Made by a program: the position numbers and the translations under genes | Source: Gammaproteobacteria bacterium | GTDB taxonomy: Bacteria > Pseudomonadota > Gammaproteobacteria > CAJXQU01 | Direction: 5' to 3' | Assembly: GCA_965238175.1 (NCBI GenBank) | Contig: CBDEGZ010000003.1 | Span: forward strand, 2,432,001 to 2,496,000 | Length of the DNA: 64,000 bases | In this document: positions 37,943-48,638 of the stretch, in pieces | Position numbering within the stretch: position 1 is the stretch's first letter | How the letters are laid out: the number at the start of each line of letters is the position of its first letter | The notes under the pieces: model-generated | Told to the model about the DNA's origin: nothing | What the model saw: the letters and a program-made list of their open reading frames with translations, nothing else | Databases searched by the model: none

Positions 37943-40006
37943 GTGAAGAGTATCGTGAAGAGTATAAAAAATACGTTTAATCGATTTTCTCTGGATCGAA
38001 AAATTTTAACTTTGATTATTATCGAGGTTATTGGCTTTCTCGTTGTAACACTAGTTGCGTTTTCACAGGTACGCACGGTTGGCAACGAAGTAAAGCAGGT
38101 CACTTATGTGATTTTGCCCTTGTCCGTGTCCATAGAAAACATTCATTCACAGATCCAAAGCCAGCGTCTGAATACTGAGATAGTTATCTCCAACGGCAAT
38201 CATAGTGTTAACAACAAAGAGATAAGCGAAGCATATCTCACTGCGCGCTCAAACTATTCAAAAGGTGATAAAAAATTACAGAATAGTCTTATCTCAACTG
38301 AACAATTTATTCGTAAGTCAGTATTCAAAAAAGACAAGAATGAAAGCGTTCTCTCTTCGCACAGTGAAGACTTAATCAATGGATTATCTGACCTGCGACA
38401 TGCTACCCAGGCTTATGACCGACGGGTAGTTAATCTATTAGAGCTGGTAGAAAGCTTTACATTTTCGCTGGATATGAAAATACTGGATAAAATCGCGAGC
38501 AGCGAAACACTCCTAATAGAAAAGCTAGACCATCTGAAAACTGAGTTAGAAAAAATAAGGTTGGAGTCGACCAAACATGCGATCTATGTTGAGCGAATCG
38601 CAATCGGTATTATCGTTTTGATCTCCTTAGCCGCTGTTGTTTTCTTTATTGCGATGGTACTGATCATTATAAGAATGAACATTTCCAAACCACTACAATT
38701 GCTCACCGATACAATTAATGCATTTACGGCATTACACAAAGTCGAAGAGTCTGAGTTTGAAAAAGCTCTTATGGAACGCGGTGATGAGCTTGGTCGAATG
38801 GGTCGTAGTTTCAACAGGCTAAAACACGATTTATGGAGACAAGGGCAAGATCTTCAAACTGCTAAAGAAGAAGCCGAAAGAGCCAACCGGGCAAAATCAA
38901 TGTTCCTTGCAGCGGCCAGCCACGATTTACGCCAGCCATTACATGCTATGCAGATGTACATAGCAGCATTACGGCAAAAAGTGAGCGACCGAGATGCACT
39001 TAAGATCATTGACGATGTAGATGCGGTTTCTGTTTCAACTGCAAGGCTTCTGAGTGCTTTATTAGATGTTTCACAGCTCGAAGCCGGAGCTATCAAACCA
39101 CACTTTGAAGACTTCCCCGTACAGGAAGTATTGCTTAGAACTTTTCGGTCGTTTGCCCCTGTTGCGAAACAAAAGAATTTGAACTTTCAACTTGTAGCTT
39201 CTAGTGCATTCGTACGAAGTGACCCCGTATTATTAGAACGTATCCTTGGAAATTTTGTATCCAACGCAATACGTTACACACAACAAGGACGAGTGCTGAT
39301 TGGTTGTCGGCGACAAGGTAATAGTATTTCAATCGAGGTCTGGGATACTGGCTGTGGGTTTCCCGATAGTCAGATTCAGGCTATTTTCGAAGACTTTCAT
39401 CAGATCGACAACAAAGAACGTGATAGAGGCAAAGGGCTGGGGTTAGGGTTAGCCATTGCCAGACGCTTGTCGCAATGCTTATCACATGAAATTCAGTGCG
39501 ATTCTATCGTTGAACATGGGTCACGATTCGCCGTATTGGTAGAAGCTGGTAAATCCCAGCTCAAACAAGTGGAAAAAGAAGAACTTCTGGAAAACATGGC
39601 ACGAGGACTATCGAATATTTGCGTGTTACTTATTGAAGACGATATGGAAGTTCTAAAAGCAACACAACAACTCCTGCTCTCCTGGGGATGTAAAGTATAT
39701 ATAGGGCGAAATATAGATGAGGTTTTACGTGTTGTGAAAGAGCTGAAAGCAACACCGCCAGATATTATTGTGGCCGATAACCGCTTACCCGGTGGGGCAG
39801 AAGGTATAGAGATTGCTACACGTGTTCAACTGATGATGGGGCGTGCAATACCAACGGTGATCGTGACAGGAGATGTAGAGGAAAGTCATATTAGAAACAT
39901 CGCTGATCAGGGTTATCGGGTGTTGTGTAAACCAGTCCAACCAGCAAAATTGCGAGCTCTCATCTCACATTTGGTTAACCCACAAACAAATCGCAGCTCG
40001 ATTTAA
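37943..40006 (+). CDS. Hybrid sensor histidine kinase (periplasmic helical sensor, HAMP, HisKA, HATPase, REC)
   Basis: Two TM helices; motifs DELGRMGRSFN, ASHDLRQP, NAIRY, DTGCG, GLGLGL, LLIEDD and CKP. Confidence 0.93.
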   Translation: MKSIVKSIKNTFNRFSLDRKILTLIIIEVIGFLVVTLVAFSQVRTVGNEVKQVTYVILPLSVSIENIHSQIQSQRLNTEIVISNGNHSVNNKEISEAYLTARSNYSKGDKKLQNSLISTEQFIRKSVFKKDKNESVLSSHSEDLINGLSDLRHATQAYDRRVVNLLELVESFTFSLDMKILDKIASSETLLIEKLDHLKTELEKIRLESTKHAIYVERIAIGIIVLISLAAVVFFIAMVLIIIRMNISKPLQLLTDTINAFTALHKVEESEFEKALMERGDELGRMGRSFNRLKHDLWRQGQDLQTAKEEAERANRAKSMFLAAASHDLRQPLHAMQMYIAALRQKVSDRDALKIIDDVDAVSVSTARLLSALLDVSQLEAGAIKPHFEDFPVQEVLLRTFRSFAPVAKQKNLNFQLVASSAFVRSDPVLLERILGNFVSNAIRYTQQGRVLIGCRRQGNSISIEVWDTGCGFPDSQIQAIFEDFHQIDNKERDRGKGLGLGLAIARRLSQCLSHEIQCDSIVEHGSRFAVLVEAGKSQLKQVEKEELLENMARGLSNICVLLIEDDMEVLKATQQLLLSWGCKVYIGRNIDEVLRVVKELKATPPDIIVADNRLPGGAEGIEIATRVQLMMGRAIPTVIVTGDVEESHIRNIADQGYRVLCKPVQPAKLRALISHLVNPQTNRSSI

Positions 40007-40039
40007 GAGAAAAGAATTACGCCGATCAGGCTTCTAAAT

Positions 40040-40810
40040 TCACTCCAGAAGTTCAGTACTTTTCTTCAGCTCAGAATACTTTGCTATAGCTTCAGTACGA
40101 CTTCCGACCTCTAGCTTTTTGAAGATTCCAGAAACGTGCATTTTTACTGTACCGGTAGTCAACCCCAGTTCACTGGCAATGGCCTTATTGGATTTACCAG
40201 ATACAATAAGATCAAGTACCTCCTCCTGCCGACGAGTCAAACCAATTTCTTGTCCTGGCTCTTGCGAGATATTGCTGCTGTTTGATTGGTGGTTTGTGTC
40301 TGATCGCAAAACATGAGGAGGGACGTATATCCCGCCAGCCAGCACTAGCCGAATGGCACTAACAGTAACGTCTGGTGAAGATGTCTTTGGAATATAACCC
40401 ATTGCACCGGCGGCAAGTGCTTGTCGAATAGATCCAATACTTTCCTTTACAGACACAATGATGACTGGAACATCAGGCCAAGAGTGACAGATAGCTCTAA
40501 TACCTGCTTCACCTTGCATGCCTGGCATCATAAGGTCAAGCAGCATAAGGTCAACCGATCCTTTCTCTGAAAGAATGTCAGTTACCTGCTCAAAACTGTT
40601 AGCTTCTATCACCTCCGTTCTAGGGGAAGCCATTTCAACCAACAACTTTAATCCACCTCGTACTAACGCATGATCATCAGCAATAACCATTCGTAAATCA
40701 TGTTTATCACCTTCTAACGGGTCAATCGAACCTACCATATCCATTATTTTTTCCATTGAAGTGAAATGAAGATAATTCGTTGATCGCAAATGCCTTTCAT
40801 ATATTTGCAT
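40040..40810 (-). CDS. NarL/LuxR-family response regulator
   Basis: Motifs IADDH, LLDLMMP and LTRRQEEVL...GKSNKAIA...TVKMHV. The real start is probably downstream of 40810. Confidence 0.93.
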   Translation of the reverse strand: MQIYERHLRSTNYLHFTSMEKIMDMVGSIDPLEGDKHDLRMVIADDHALVRGGLKLLVEMASPRTEVIEANSFEQVTDILSEKGSVDLMLLDLMMPGMQGEAGIRAICHSWPDVPVIIVSVKESIGSIRQALAAGAMGYIPKTSSPDVTVSAIRLVLAGGIYVPPHVLRSDTNHQSNSSNISQEPGQEIGLTRRQEEVLDLIVSGKSNKAIASELGLTTGTVKMHVSGIFKKLEVGSRTEAIAKYSELKKSTELLE

Positions 40811-40902
40811 GAATTTTACCTATACTAATACAATACATCCGAGTATAACTAATGATAGGCCATGAATATGGCTAATGATAGTATTTATACTACAAAAAGA
40901 TT

Positions 40903-42144
40903 GTGAAAAGTACGAACACAAAAATGAAGTTTATGTTCATCGAAAAACACAGCATGCAAAAATTAATACTTGTATTAGCAATTACAGCCACGCAAATACT
41001 ATCAGAAGAGTATGATTTTGTCGTTTCAACTGCACATGCTGAGGAAAAACAATGGTGGCCAACAAAGGTCAACGTTTTTAACCCGGCTTGCACGGATGGC
41101 GATGTCGCGTGTTGGACAGATCCGCGAAACGAATCAGCAAAGTTGGATCTGGTTGACTACCTCCCATTAATGTCTGACAAAGTAGCTAAAAAGCACCATA
41201 TATGCGTGTCATTCCCCCATCTGAAAGACTCTTATTGGGCAGGTGTTGCCTATGGTGTAATCACTGAAGGAAAGCGCCTTAAACAAAAAATCACGGTATT
41301 GGACGCAGGTGGCTACACCAACCTCGAAACACAACTAAACCAGGTCGAAGACTGCATTGCTAACGGTGCGGAAGCACTCATCATAGGGCCTATTTCAAGC
41401 AATGGAAATGCCAGGCAATTAGATGCGATTCGTGCGATGGGCATTCCAGTAATCGTCATTATTACCGGTATCAATACAGCGATTGACGCCTATTCGCTGC
41501 AAAGTTTTTACAACATGGGCTACGTTTCATGTAAGTGGATCGTTGATCAGCACCCAACTAGCAACGAAAAGGTAAGAGTCGTTTGGTTCCCAGGTCCTCC
41601 TGGAGCAGGGTGGTCCGTTGCCGGCGACAAAGGCTGCCGTGCAGCCGTACAAAATACTGAAGTTGAGATTATAGAAACGAGGTGGGGCGATGCCGGCAAA
41701 GCCATTCAGTTAAAACTGGTCGAGGACATATTACAAACGATGACCACTGGCGAGAAAGTAGAACTCGACTATATTGTTGGCACGGCTAGCACAATTGAAG
41801 GCGCTGTTGGTGCCATTCGCGAGAGAGGCCTTGAAGAGCAGGTCATGTTGGTGGCTTTTTACTACACTCCGGGTATGCACATTTACCTGAAACGTGGTGC
41901 CGTTGCAATGGCCCCTTCAGATCAAATGATCACTCAGGCGCGGATTGCCATCGACCAGGCAGTTCGGTTACTGGAAAATAAGGGAATGGCCACCGGCGGG
42001 CGGCCAGAATATAATGATACCGGTCGTCTGGTCGAGCATGTTCAGCCCCCACCCTTAATAGTTACCCCAGAGACCGTTGCTGATTTCGATACATCTACAA
42101 CACTTGCACCAAAGGGTTGGATACCGGTATTTTCGGTAGACTGA
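40903..42144 (+). CDS. TorT-like periplasmic binding protein
   Basis: ICVSFPHLKDSYW..VAYG, DAGGYTNL and WFPGPPGAGW resemble TorT. Confidence 0.8.
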   Translation: MKSTNTKMKFMFIEKHSMQKLILVLAITATQILSEEYDFVVSTAHAEEKQWWPTKVNVFNPACTDGDVACWTDPRNESAKLDLVDYLPLMSDKVAKKHHICVSFPHLKDSYWAGVAYGVITEGKRLKQKITVLDAGGYTNLETQLNQVEDCIANGAEALIIGPISSNGNARQLDAIRAMGIPVIVIITGINTAIDAYSLQSFYNMGYVSCKWIVDQHPTSNEKVRVVWFPGPPGAGWSVAGDKGCRAAVQNTEVEIIETRWGDAGKAIQLKLVEDILQTMTTGEKVELDYIVGTASTIEGAVGAIRERGLEEQVMLVAFYYTPGMHIYLKRGAVAMAPSDQMITQARIAIDQAVRLLENKGMATGGRPEYNDTGRLVEHVQPPPLIVTPETVADFDTSTTLAPKGWIPVFSVD

Positions 42145-42197
42145 TTCAGCCAAAGGCCCTAACTTAATATCGACAAAGCCAATGAGAGCAATGAAGA

Positions 42198-43820
42198 GTG
42201 AAGATCAGGCATAAAAAATCAAATATGTCTTCGACAATACAATACGAAAATGTATTGCCAACCAAATCGCAAAAAACTCAAACGCCCCCCATTTTGCGCC
42301 TAGAAGGTATTTCCAAACGATTTCCTGGCATGCTTGCATTAGATCACATCAACCTTGATATATGTCCTTGCGAAATCCATGCGTTATTTGGAGAAAATGG
42401 AGCCGGTAAATCGACACTGATTCAAATTATCGCTGGCGATATTCAACCGACGACAGGGAAGATTTTCCTAAACAATGAGGAATTAAAAATTCGCTCAGTC
42501 CACCATGCTCGCGAATTGGGTATTAGTGTCGTGTTTCAGGAATTTTCGTTAATCCCCCAACTAACTATTGAAGAGAATTTGTTTTTAGGTTCTGAAATGT
42601 TGATGGGGCCATTCCTCAAAAAAAAACGCCTCCGTCAGTTAGCCTGCGAAACGCTCGACCGCTTAGGATTTGCACTAAAACCTGAAACAAAAGTGATGCA
42701 CCTTTCGCGGGCAGAGCAGCAAATGGTTGAGATCGCCAAAGCATTCCGCACTAAGCCATCAATCATGATCCTTGACGAACCTACCGCATCGTTGACTGAG
42801 CAGGAGGCAAATCAGCTGTTTTTGATGATCGAAACCTTAAAGGAAGAAGGTATCGGAATCATCTATATCACGCACCGAACAAATGAAATTTATCGAATTT
42901 GTGATCGAATCACAATTTTACGTGATGGTAAGTGCATTTCGACAACATCTGTTGCTGAGATCAGTGAAGAAAAATTACTCGAATTGACGTTTGGTCGACA
43001 CATTGAGCAAGTATTCCCCAAAATTAACATGCAGCCCGGCAGGTTGTTATTGGACATCAAGGGGTTGACCCTGGCCAATCAAGTCGTTGATGACGTGTCG
43101 ATCAATGTTCGTGCCGGGGAAATCGTTGGTATTACTGGACTCGTGGGCTCGGGCAAATCCCAGGTTGGCCGGGCATGTTTTGGACTTAATAAAATACGAT
43201 CAGGCCATATTTCATACCTGGATGACAACGTTTATGACAGCGAGAAGCGTATCAACGATCTAAGCCCCAGAAGCATGTTGGATCGTGGGATGTTATATCT
43301 ACCTTCAGACAGGCGGGTTGAAGGTCTCGTGATGAGACATAACATTCGCGAAAACGTGACTCTCCCTTCACTTGGGTTGCCGAAATTCTCAAGAGGCTTA
43401 GGACTCCTGCTACATCGACAGAGAGAAATAGAAATAGTAGGAGAAGTCGCCCAACGACTTGGGCTTCATCCATTGAATATTGAAAGTTGTCTTGAGCACC
43501 TTTCTGGTGGAAATCAGCAAAAAGTAATGGTCGCAAAGAGTTTCGTGCGAGACGTTAAGCTGTTTATTCTGGATGAGCCAACTGTGGGAATCGATGTTGG
43601 CGCTCGGGCATCGATATATCAGCTAATCCGAGACGTTTGCGAAGCGGGTGCTGGTGTCTTACTCATTTCTTCAGACTTATCGGAAATTGTGAATTGGACA
43701 CACCGAGCTTACGTCATGCATCGCGGCAAATTACGGGCTGAACTGGCTAAAGACGAGCTCCAAGAGCAAACATTGCAGAGTTATTTTTTTGAAGTAAATG
43801 GGGAACATAATGATGAATAG
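42198..43820 (+). CDS. Sugar-type ABC ATPase (RbsA-like)
   Basis: Motifs GENGAGKST, LDEPT, LSGGNQQK and LDEPTVGIDVG. Confidence 0.92.
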   Translation: MKIRHKKSNMSSTIQYENVLPTKSQKTQTPPILRLEGISKRFPGMLALDHINLDICPCEIHALFGENGAGKSTLIQIIAGDIQPTTGKIFLNNEELKIRSVHHARELGISVVFQEFSLIPQLTIEENLFLGSEMLMGPFLKKKRLRQLACETLDRLGFALKPETKVMHLSRAEQQMVEIAKAFRTKPSIMILDEPTASLTEQEANQLFLMIETLKEEGIGIIYITHRTNEIYRICDRITILRDGKCISTTSVAEISEEKLLELTFGRHIEQVFPKINMQPGRLLLDIKGLTLANQVVDDVSINVRAGEIVGITGLVGSGKSQVGRACFGLNKIRSGHISYLDDNVYDSEKRINDLSPRSMLDRGMLYLPSDRRVEGLVMRHNIRENVTLPSLGLPKFSRGLGLLLHRQREIEIVGEVAQRLGLHPLNIESCLEHLSGGNQQKVMVAKSFVRDVKLFILDEPTVGIDVGARASIYQLIRDVCEAGAGVLLISSDLSEIVNWTHRAYVMHRGKLRAELAKDELQEQTLQSYFFEVNGEHNDE

Positions 43821-44856
43821 AGAATCGCTACAACAGCACCACTCTGGAGAATCAACAGGTGTAGCAGTCAACATAAAACGAGGCGCAACCGTGCTGTTCA
43901 TCAAGGGAGGCGTTTTACCCTGGTTCCTGGGCATTGCAGTACTCGGATTTGGTTTGTCTAATGAAAACTTCTTAACAGAAAGGAATCTATTCGGAGTTTC
44001 CCGACAATCAACATACCTCATTCTGGTGTCCATTGCGCAGATGATTGTAATGATGACGGCAGGCTTAGATCTTTCAGTGGGTGTGATGCTTGCCATGACA
44101 TCTGTCGTCTCATCAATAACTATGGTTTCATTATGGTCTGGGTATGGAACGGGTTGGGAGTCCGTGATTATCGGCTGCCTGGCAGGTCTTGGCGCCTGCG
44201 TCAGTATTGGCGCTATTAATGGTATTGGGGTGGCTATTTTTCGTGTACCCCCTTTTGTAATGACGCTGGGCATGTCATCCATTGTATTTGGTTTAGCTTT
44301 AACTATCACAGGGGGTACACCTATTTACGGCATCCCAGAGGCATTTGCTAATGTATTTGGCTATGGCGAAATGCTTGGGATACCAGTACCTGTGTGGATC
44401 ACTGCATTTTGCATCAGTGTGATGTATGTGTTCATTCACTGGACACCGATGGGCAGGTATCTTTACGCGATTGGTGGCAACATAAGAGCTGCTAGCCTTT
44501 CTGGGATCAACACACGTTTCTATTTGATTGGCGCCTATGTCATGTCTTCATTTATTACCGGTATTGCAGCTTTACTGCTTACTGCACGACTTGAAAGTGG
44601 TGAATCAAACCTTGGGGCAAATTACCCACTGCTTTCAATCGCAGCTTGTGCGATCGGTGGGGTAAGTTTATACGGTGGTGTCGGCCGTCTTTGGAATGTC
44701 GTGTTAGGAGCAATCTTCATCATCTTGATTCAAAACGGTATGAACATACTGCGCATCAATTCGTATCTGCAAATAGTCGTCATCGGTGTTCTTTTAATAG
44801 TGGCCATTATCGCAGACAATTTCCGTCAACAGTTGATTCTGACTACACACGAGTAG
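43810..44856 (+). CDS. ABC permease (RbsC-like)
   Basis: Motifs AGLDLSVG, PPFVMTLG, GRYLYAIGGN..AA.LSGI and IGGVSL.GG.G. Confidence 0.92.
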   Translation: MMNRESLQQHHSGESTGVAVNIKRGATVLFIKGGVLPWFLGIAVLGFGLSNENFLTERNLFGVSRQSTYLILVSIAQMIVMMTAGLDLSVGVMLAMTSVVSSITMVSLWSGYGTGWESVIIGCLAGLGACVSIGAINGIGVAIFRVPPFVMTLGMSSIVFGLALTITGGTPIYGIPEAFANVFGYGEMLGIPVPVWITAFCISVMYVFIHWTPMGRYLYAIGGNIRAASLSGINTRFYLIGAYVMSSFITGIAALLLTARLESGESNLGANYPLLSIAACAIGGVSLYGGVGRLWNVVLGAIFIILIQNGMNILRINSYLQIVVIGVLLIVAIIADNFRQQLILTTHE

Positions 44857-45219
44857 TTATCCTTATACTTGATCATACGGAAAATGCCGTCGTAACCAAC
44901 CGGATATTTGTTAAGGTTAATCTGGATTCATCATATTCTGACAATAACCCTGTCAAAAATTCGTTAAGTTCTCCAGGCCACAACATACTTTAAGCCAAGG
45001 AAGTAAAACTATTATTAGGACTAACTAATTCAAAGAATACGCTTGAAACACTTGATTTCCATTTTAGCTCACAAAATAAACAACATAGCTTTCTCTTTTG
45101 TCGAATAATTGGTTACAATACGCGGCTTTTTGGAGCATCAGCTGTCCGTTTAAACTCGATCATGGGCGACTGAACGGATTTTATTACTAATTAACATACT
45201 TTATTGAGTACGACTGACT

Positions 45220-47304
45220 ATGACTGATTTAGCGCTTTATCGAAATATTGGTATCTTTGCCCACGTGGATGCGGGTAAAACCACCACTTCTGAACGTATT
45301 CTTAGCCTGACAGGTAAAATCCATAAAATTGGTGAGGTGCATGATGGTGAAGCGACGACTGATTTCATGGATCAAGAACGTGAGCGCGGGATCACCATTC
45401 AATCAGCTGCAACCAGTTGTGTATGGAATAATCACCGCCTAAACATCATCGATACTCCAGGACACGTTGACTTCACAATCGAAGTTTACCGTTCACTTAA
45501 AGTCCTTGACGGCGGTATTGGCGTATTCTGTGGTTCAGGTGGTGTTGAACCGCAGTCTGAAACAAACTGGCGTTATGCAAATGATTCAGAAGTTGCTCGT
45601 GTCATTTTGGTCAATAAACTTGATCGAATGGGTGCTGATTTCTACCGTGTGGTTGATCAAGTTAAGAAGGTTCTCGGCGCAAACCCTCTCGTCATGGTGC
45701 TTCCTATCGGTATCGAAGAGGATTTTGTTGGGATTGTTGATCTACTCACTCGTAAAGCTTGGATTTGGGATGATTCAAGTGATCCAATGAAATATAGACT
45801 TGAAGATGTTCCTGCAGACATGGCTGACAAAGTCGAAGAGTACCGCACTGAACTGATTGAACTGGTCATTGAACAAGATGACGACGTAATGGGGAAATAC
45901 CTCGAAGGTGAAGAACCAGATATAGATACGATTAAACGATTGATCAGAAAAGGTACTATTGCATTAGATTTCTTCCCCACTTACTGCGGATCAGCTTTTA
46001 AAAACAAAGGCGTCCAATTGGTACTTGATGCGGTTGTTGACTATCTGCCTAACCCAATGGAAGTTAAACCTCAGCCAGAAGTTGATTTGGAAGGTAACGA
46101 AACCGGAAACTTTGCGATCGTTGATGCGGACAAACCATTGCGAGCATTAGCATTCAAAATTATGGATGACCGTTTTGGAGCCCTGACGTTCGTTCGTGTT
46201 TATTCAGGTAAGCTTGAAAAAGGTATGACCGTTCTTAATACAGCAACTGGCAAAACAGAACGTATTGGACGTATGGTTGAAATGCATGCTGATGAACGTA
46301 TCGAACTCGATTCGGCACAAGCTGGCGACATTATTGCTGTTGTTGGTATGAAAAACGTTCAAACGGGTCATACACTATGTGATCCGAAAGATCCTGCGAC
46401 ACTTGAACCAATGGTCTTCCCTGATCCGGTTATTTCGATTGCGATTTCACCTAAAGATAAAGCCGCTTCAGAAAAAATGGGCGTAGCTCTAGGTAAAATG
46501 ATTCAGGAAGATCCTTCTTTCCGCGTCAACACTGATGAAGAAAGTGGTGAAACAATTCTACGTGGTATGGGTGAACTGCATCTCGATATTAAGATCGATA
46601 TTCTTAAGCGTACACATGGTGTTGAAGTTGAAGTCGGTAAACCTCAAGTTGCTTACCGTGAAACAATTACACAACGTATCGAAGATAGCTACACGCACAA
46701 AAAACAAACTGGTGGTTCAGGTCAATTTGCAAAAATTGATTATGTCATCGAACCAGGTGAACCAGGCAGTGGATATGAATTTAAATCTACCGTCACCGGT
46801 GGTAATGTTCCGCGAGAATTTTGGCCTGCAGTGGATAAAGGTTTCAAATCTATGCTCGACAATGGCGTGTTAGCAGGCTTCCCTTGTCTTGATTTTAAAA
46901 TAACGTTAACTGATGGTGGTTTCCATGCGGTTGACTCCTCTGCTGTTGCTTACGAACTTGCTTCAAGAAGTGCTTTTCGTCAATCAATCCCTAAAGCGGG
47001 ACCACAACTGCTTGAGCCGATCATGAAAGTTGACGTGTTTACACCAGAAGATCACGTTGGTGATGTTATTGGTGATCTTAATCGTCGTCGAGGCATGATC
47101 AAATCTCAAGATGCTGGCCCTACCGGTGTTCGTATCAAAGCAGATGTGCCATTGAGTGATATGTTTGGTTACATTGGTGACTTGCGTACGATGACTTCTG
47201 GTCGTGGTCAATTCTCTATGGAGTTCTCACACTACATGCCCTGTCCTAAAAACGTTGCTGACGAAGTTATTAAAGAAGTTCAGGAACGCAACGCAAGTAA
47301 GTAG
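45220..47304 (+). CDS. fusA: Elongation factor G (stand-alone copy)
   Basis: Motifs [32 protein letters not shown] and GMGELHL. Confidence 0.97.
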   Translation: MTDLALYRNIGIFAHVDAGKTTTSERILSLTGKIHKIGEVHDGEATTDFMDQERERGITIQSAATSCVWNNHRLNIIDTPGHVDFTIEVYRSLKVLDGGIGVFCGSGGVEPQSETNWRYANDSEVARVILVNKLDRMGADFYRVVDQVKKVLGANPLVMVLPIGIEEDFVGIVDLLTRKAWIWDDSSDPMKYRLEDVPADMADKVEEYRTELIELVIEQDDDVMGKYLEGEEPDIDTIKRLIRKGTIALDFFPTYCGSAFKNKGVQLVLDAVVDYLPNPMEVKPQPEVDLEGNETGNFAIVDADKPLRALAFKIMDDRFGALTFVRVYSGKLEKGMTVLNTATGKTERIGRMVEMHADERIELDSAQAGDIIAVVGMKNVQTGHTLCDPKDPATLEPMVFPDPVISIAISPKDKAASEKMGVALGKMIQEDPSFRVNTDEESGETILRGMGELHLDIKIDILKRTHGVEVEVGKPQVAYRETITQRIEDSYTHKKQTGGSGQFAKIDYVIEPGEPGSGYEFKSTVTGGNVPREFWPAVDKGFKSMLDNGVLAGFPCLDFKITLTDGGFHAVDSSAVAYELASRSAFRQSIPKAGPQLLEPIMKVDVFTPEDHVGDVIGDLNRRRGMIKSQDAGPTGVRIKADVPLSDMFGYIGDLRTMTSGRGQFSMEFSHYMPCPKNVADEVIKEVQERNASK

Positions 47305-47337
47305 TTGAATCAATATTATTGATCTCAGCTTTTCACA

Positions 47338-47389
47338 GGGATCGTTTATCAATTTGATCAAAAGATCGGGTTGATAGCGATCCCTTTTT
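47338..47389 (+). terminator. Rho-independent terminator after fusA
   Basis: GGGATCGTTTATCAATTTGATC-AAAA-GATCGGGTTGATAGCGATCCC followed by a T-run. Confidence 0.75.
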
Positions 47390-47393
47390 ATTT

Positions 47394-48617
47394 ATGACGG
47401 ATAAAAACATTCATATAGATGTTTTGATAATTGGAGCCAGTGCTTCGGGTTTAATGTGTGCGATAGAAGCTGGAAAGCGTGGTCGTAAAGTTACCGTGTT
47501 GGACCATGCAAACAAAGCCGGAAAAAAGATTTTAATGTCAGGTGGCGGTCGTTGTAATTTTACAAACATGGAAGTGACTGCGGAAAATTATCTTTCTCAT
47601 AATCGACACTTTTGCAAATCGGCGCTTAGTCGATATACACAGTGGGATTTTATTTCATTGGTTGACCAATATAAAATTCCCTATCACGAGCGTTCTCATG
47701 GACAACTTTTTTGTGATGACAGCGCGAAAGACATTCTTAATATGCTGTTCGAAGAATGTAAAAAAAATCACGTTCAAATTCATCTAAATTGTAATATTGA
47801 GCAGGTTAGTAAAAACCAACAAGATCAGTTTGTCATTATTACATCACAAGAAAAATTCGATCAAAAATTTATATCTAAGTCTTTGGTGATCGCTACAGGC
47901 GGTCTTTCGATTCCGAAGATGGGAGCAAGCTCATTTGGTTATAAAATTGCTGAACAATTTGATCATAAGGTTTGGTCAGTTTCCGCTGGATTGGTGCCGT
48001 TTACATTACAGCCAGAAGATAAAGAGAGCCTGTCAGAATTATCGGGTATTGCCATCAATAGTATAGCTAAAAACAAACCTATGGAAAATCAAGATGAGAT
48101 CCAATTCAAAGAAAATATTCTCTTTACCCATAGAGGGTTAAGTGGGCCTGCGATTCTACAAATTTCTTCTTATTGGAAACCGGGTGAAGCCGTTGAACTA
48201 AATTTATTACCCGAAATAGATTTGATTGATTTTCTAAAACAACGACAAACAGATCGGCCCAATACAAAAATAAAAAAAGTTCTTGGTGAAATGTTACCAC
48301 AACGATTATTGGTTAAATTACTCGGTGAAGAAAAGGTTGATCAACCATTGCAAAGCTTTTCACATGCGTCGTTTAAAACACTGATTGGGCAATTACAAAA
48401 CTGGAATATTAAACCTAATGGAACTGAAGGTTATCGAACGGCTGAAGTCACATTAGGTGGTGTAGATTGCGATGAGCTTTCATCAAAAACAATGGCATCA
48501 AAAAAAGTCACTGGCTTGTACTTTATTGGTGAAGTTGTTGATGTTACTGGTTGGTTAGGCGGCTATAATTTTCAATGGGCCTGGTCATCCGGTTGGTCTG
48601 CTGGACAAGTAGTCTAG
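47394..48617 (+). CDS. yhiN: HI0933/YhiN family flavoprotein
   Basis: Motifs KKILMSGGGRCNFTN, ATGGLSIP, LFTHRGLSGP and GWLGGYNFQWAW. Confidence 0.9.
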   Translation: MTDKNIHIDVLIIGASASGLMCAIEAGKRGRKVTVLDHANKAGKKILMSGGGRCNFTNMEVTAENYLSHNRHFCKSALSRYTQWDFISLVDQYKIPYHERSHGQLFCDDSAKDILNMLFEECKKNHVQIHLNCNIEQVSKNQQDQFVIITSQEKFDQKFISKSLVIATGGLSIPKMGASSFGYKIAEQFDHKVWSVSAGLVPFTLQPEDKESLSELSGIAINSIAKNKPMENQDEIQFKENILFTHRGLSGPAILQISSYWKPGEAVELNLLPEIDLIDFLKQRQTDRPNTKIKKVLGEMLPQRLLVKLLGEEKVDQPLQSFSHASFKTLIGQLQNWNIKPNGTEGYRTAEVTLGGVDCDELSSKTMASKKVTGLYFIGEVVDVTGWLGGYNFQWAWSSGWSAGQVV

Positions 48618-48638
48618 TTAGTAAATAATAAATTCAGT

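Noticed and set aside
37936-37965. 12-bp tandem repeat GAGTATCGTGAA at the kinase start
   Set aside because: About 2.5 in-frame copies; it only makes the start codon ambiguous and there is no evidence for phase variation.
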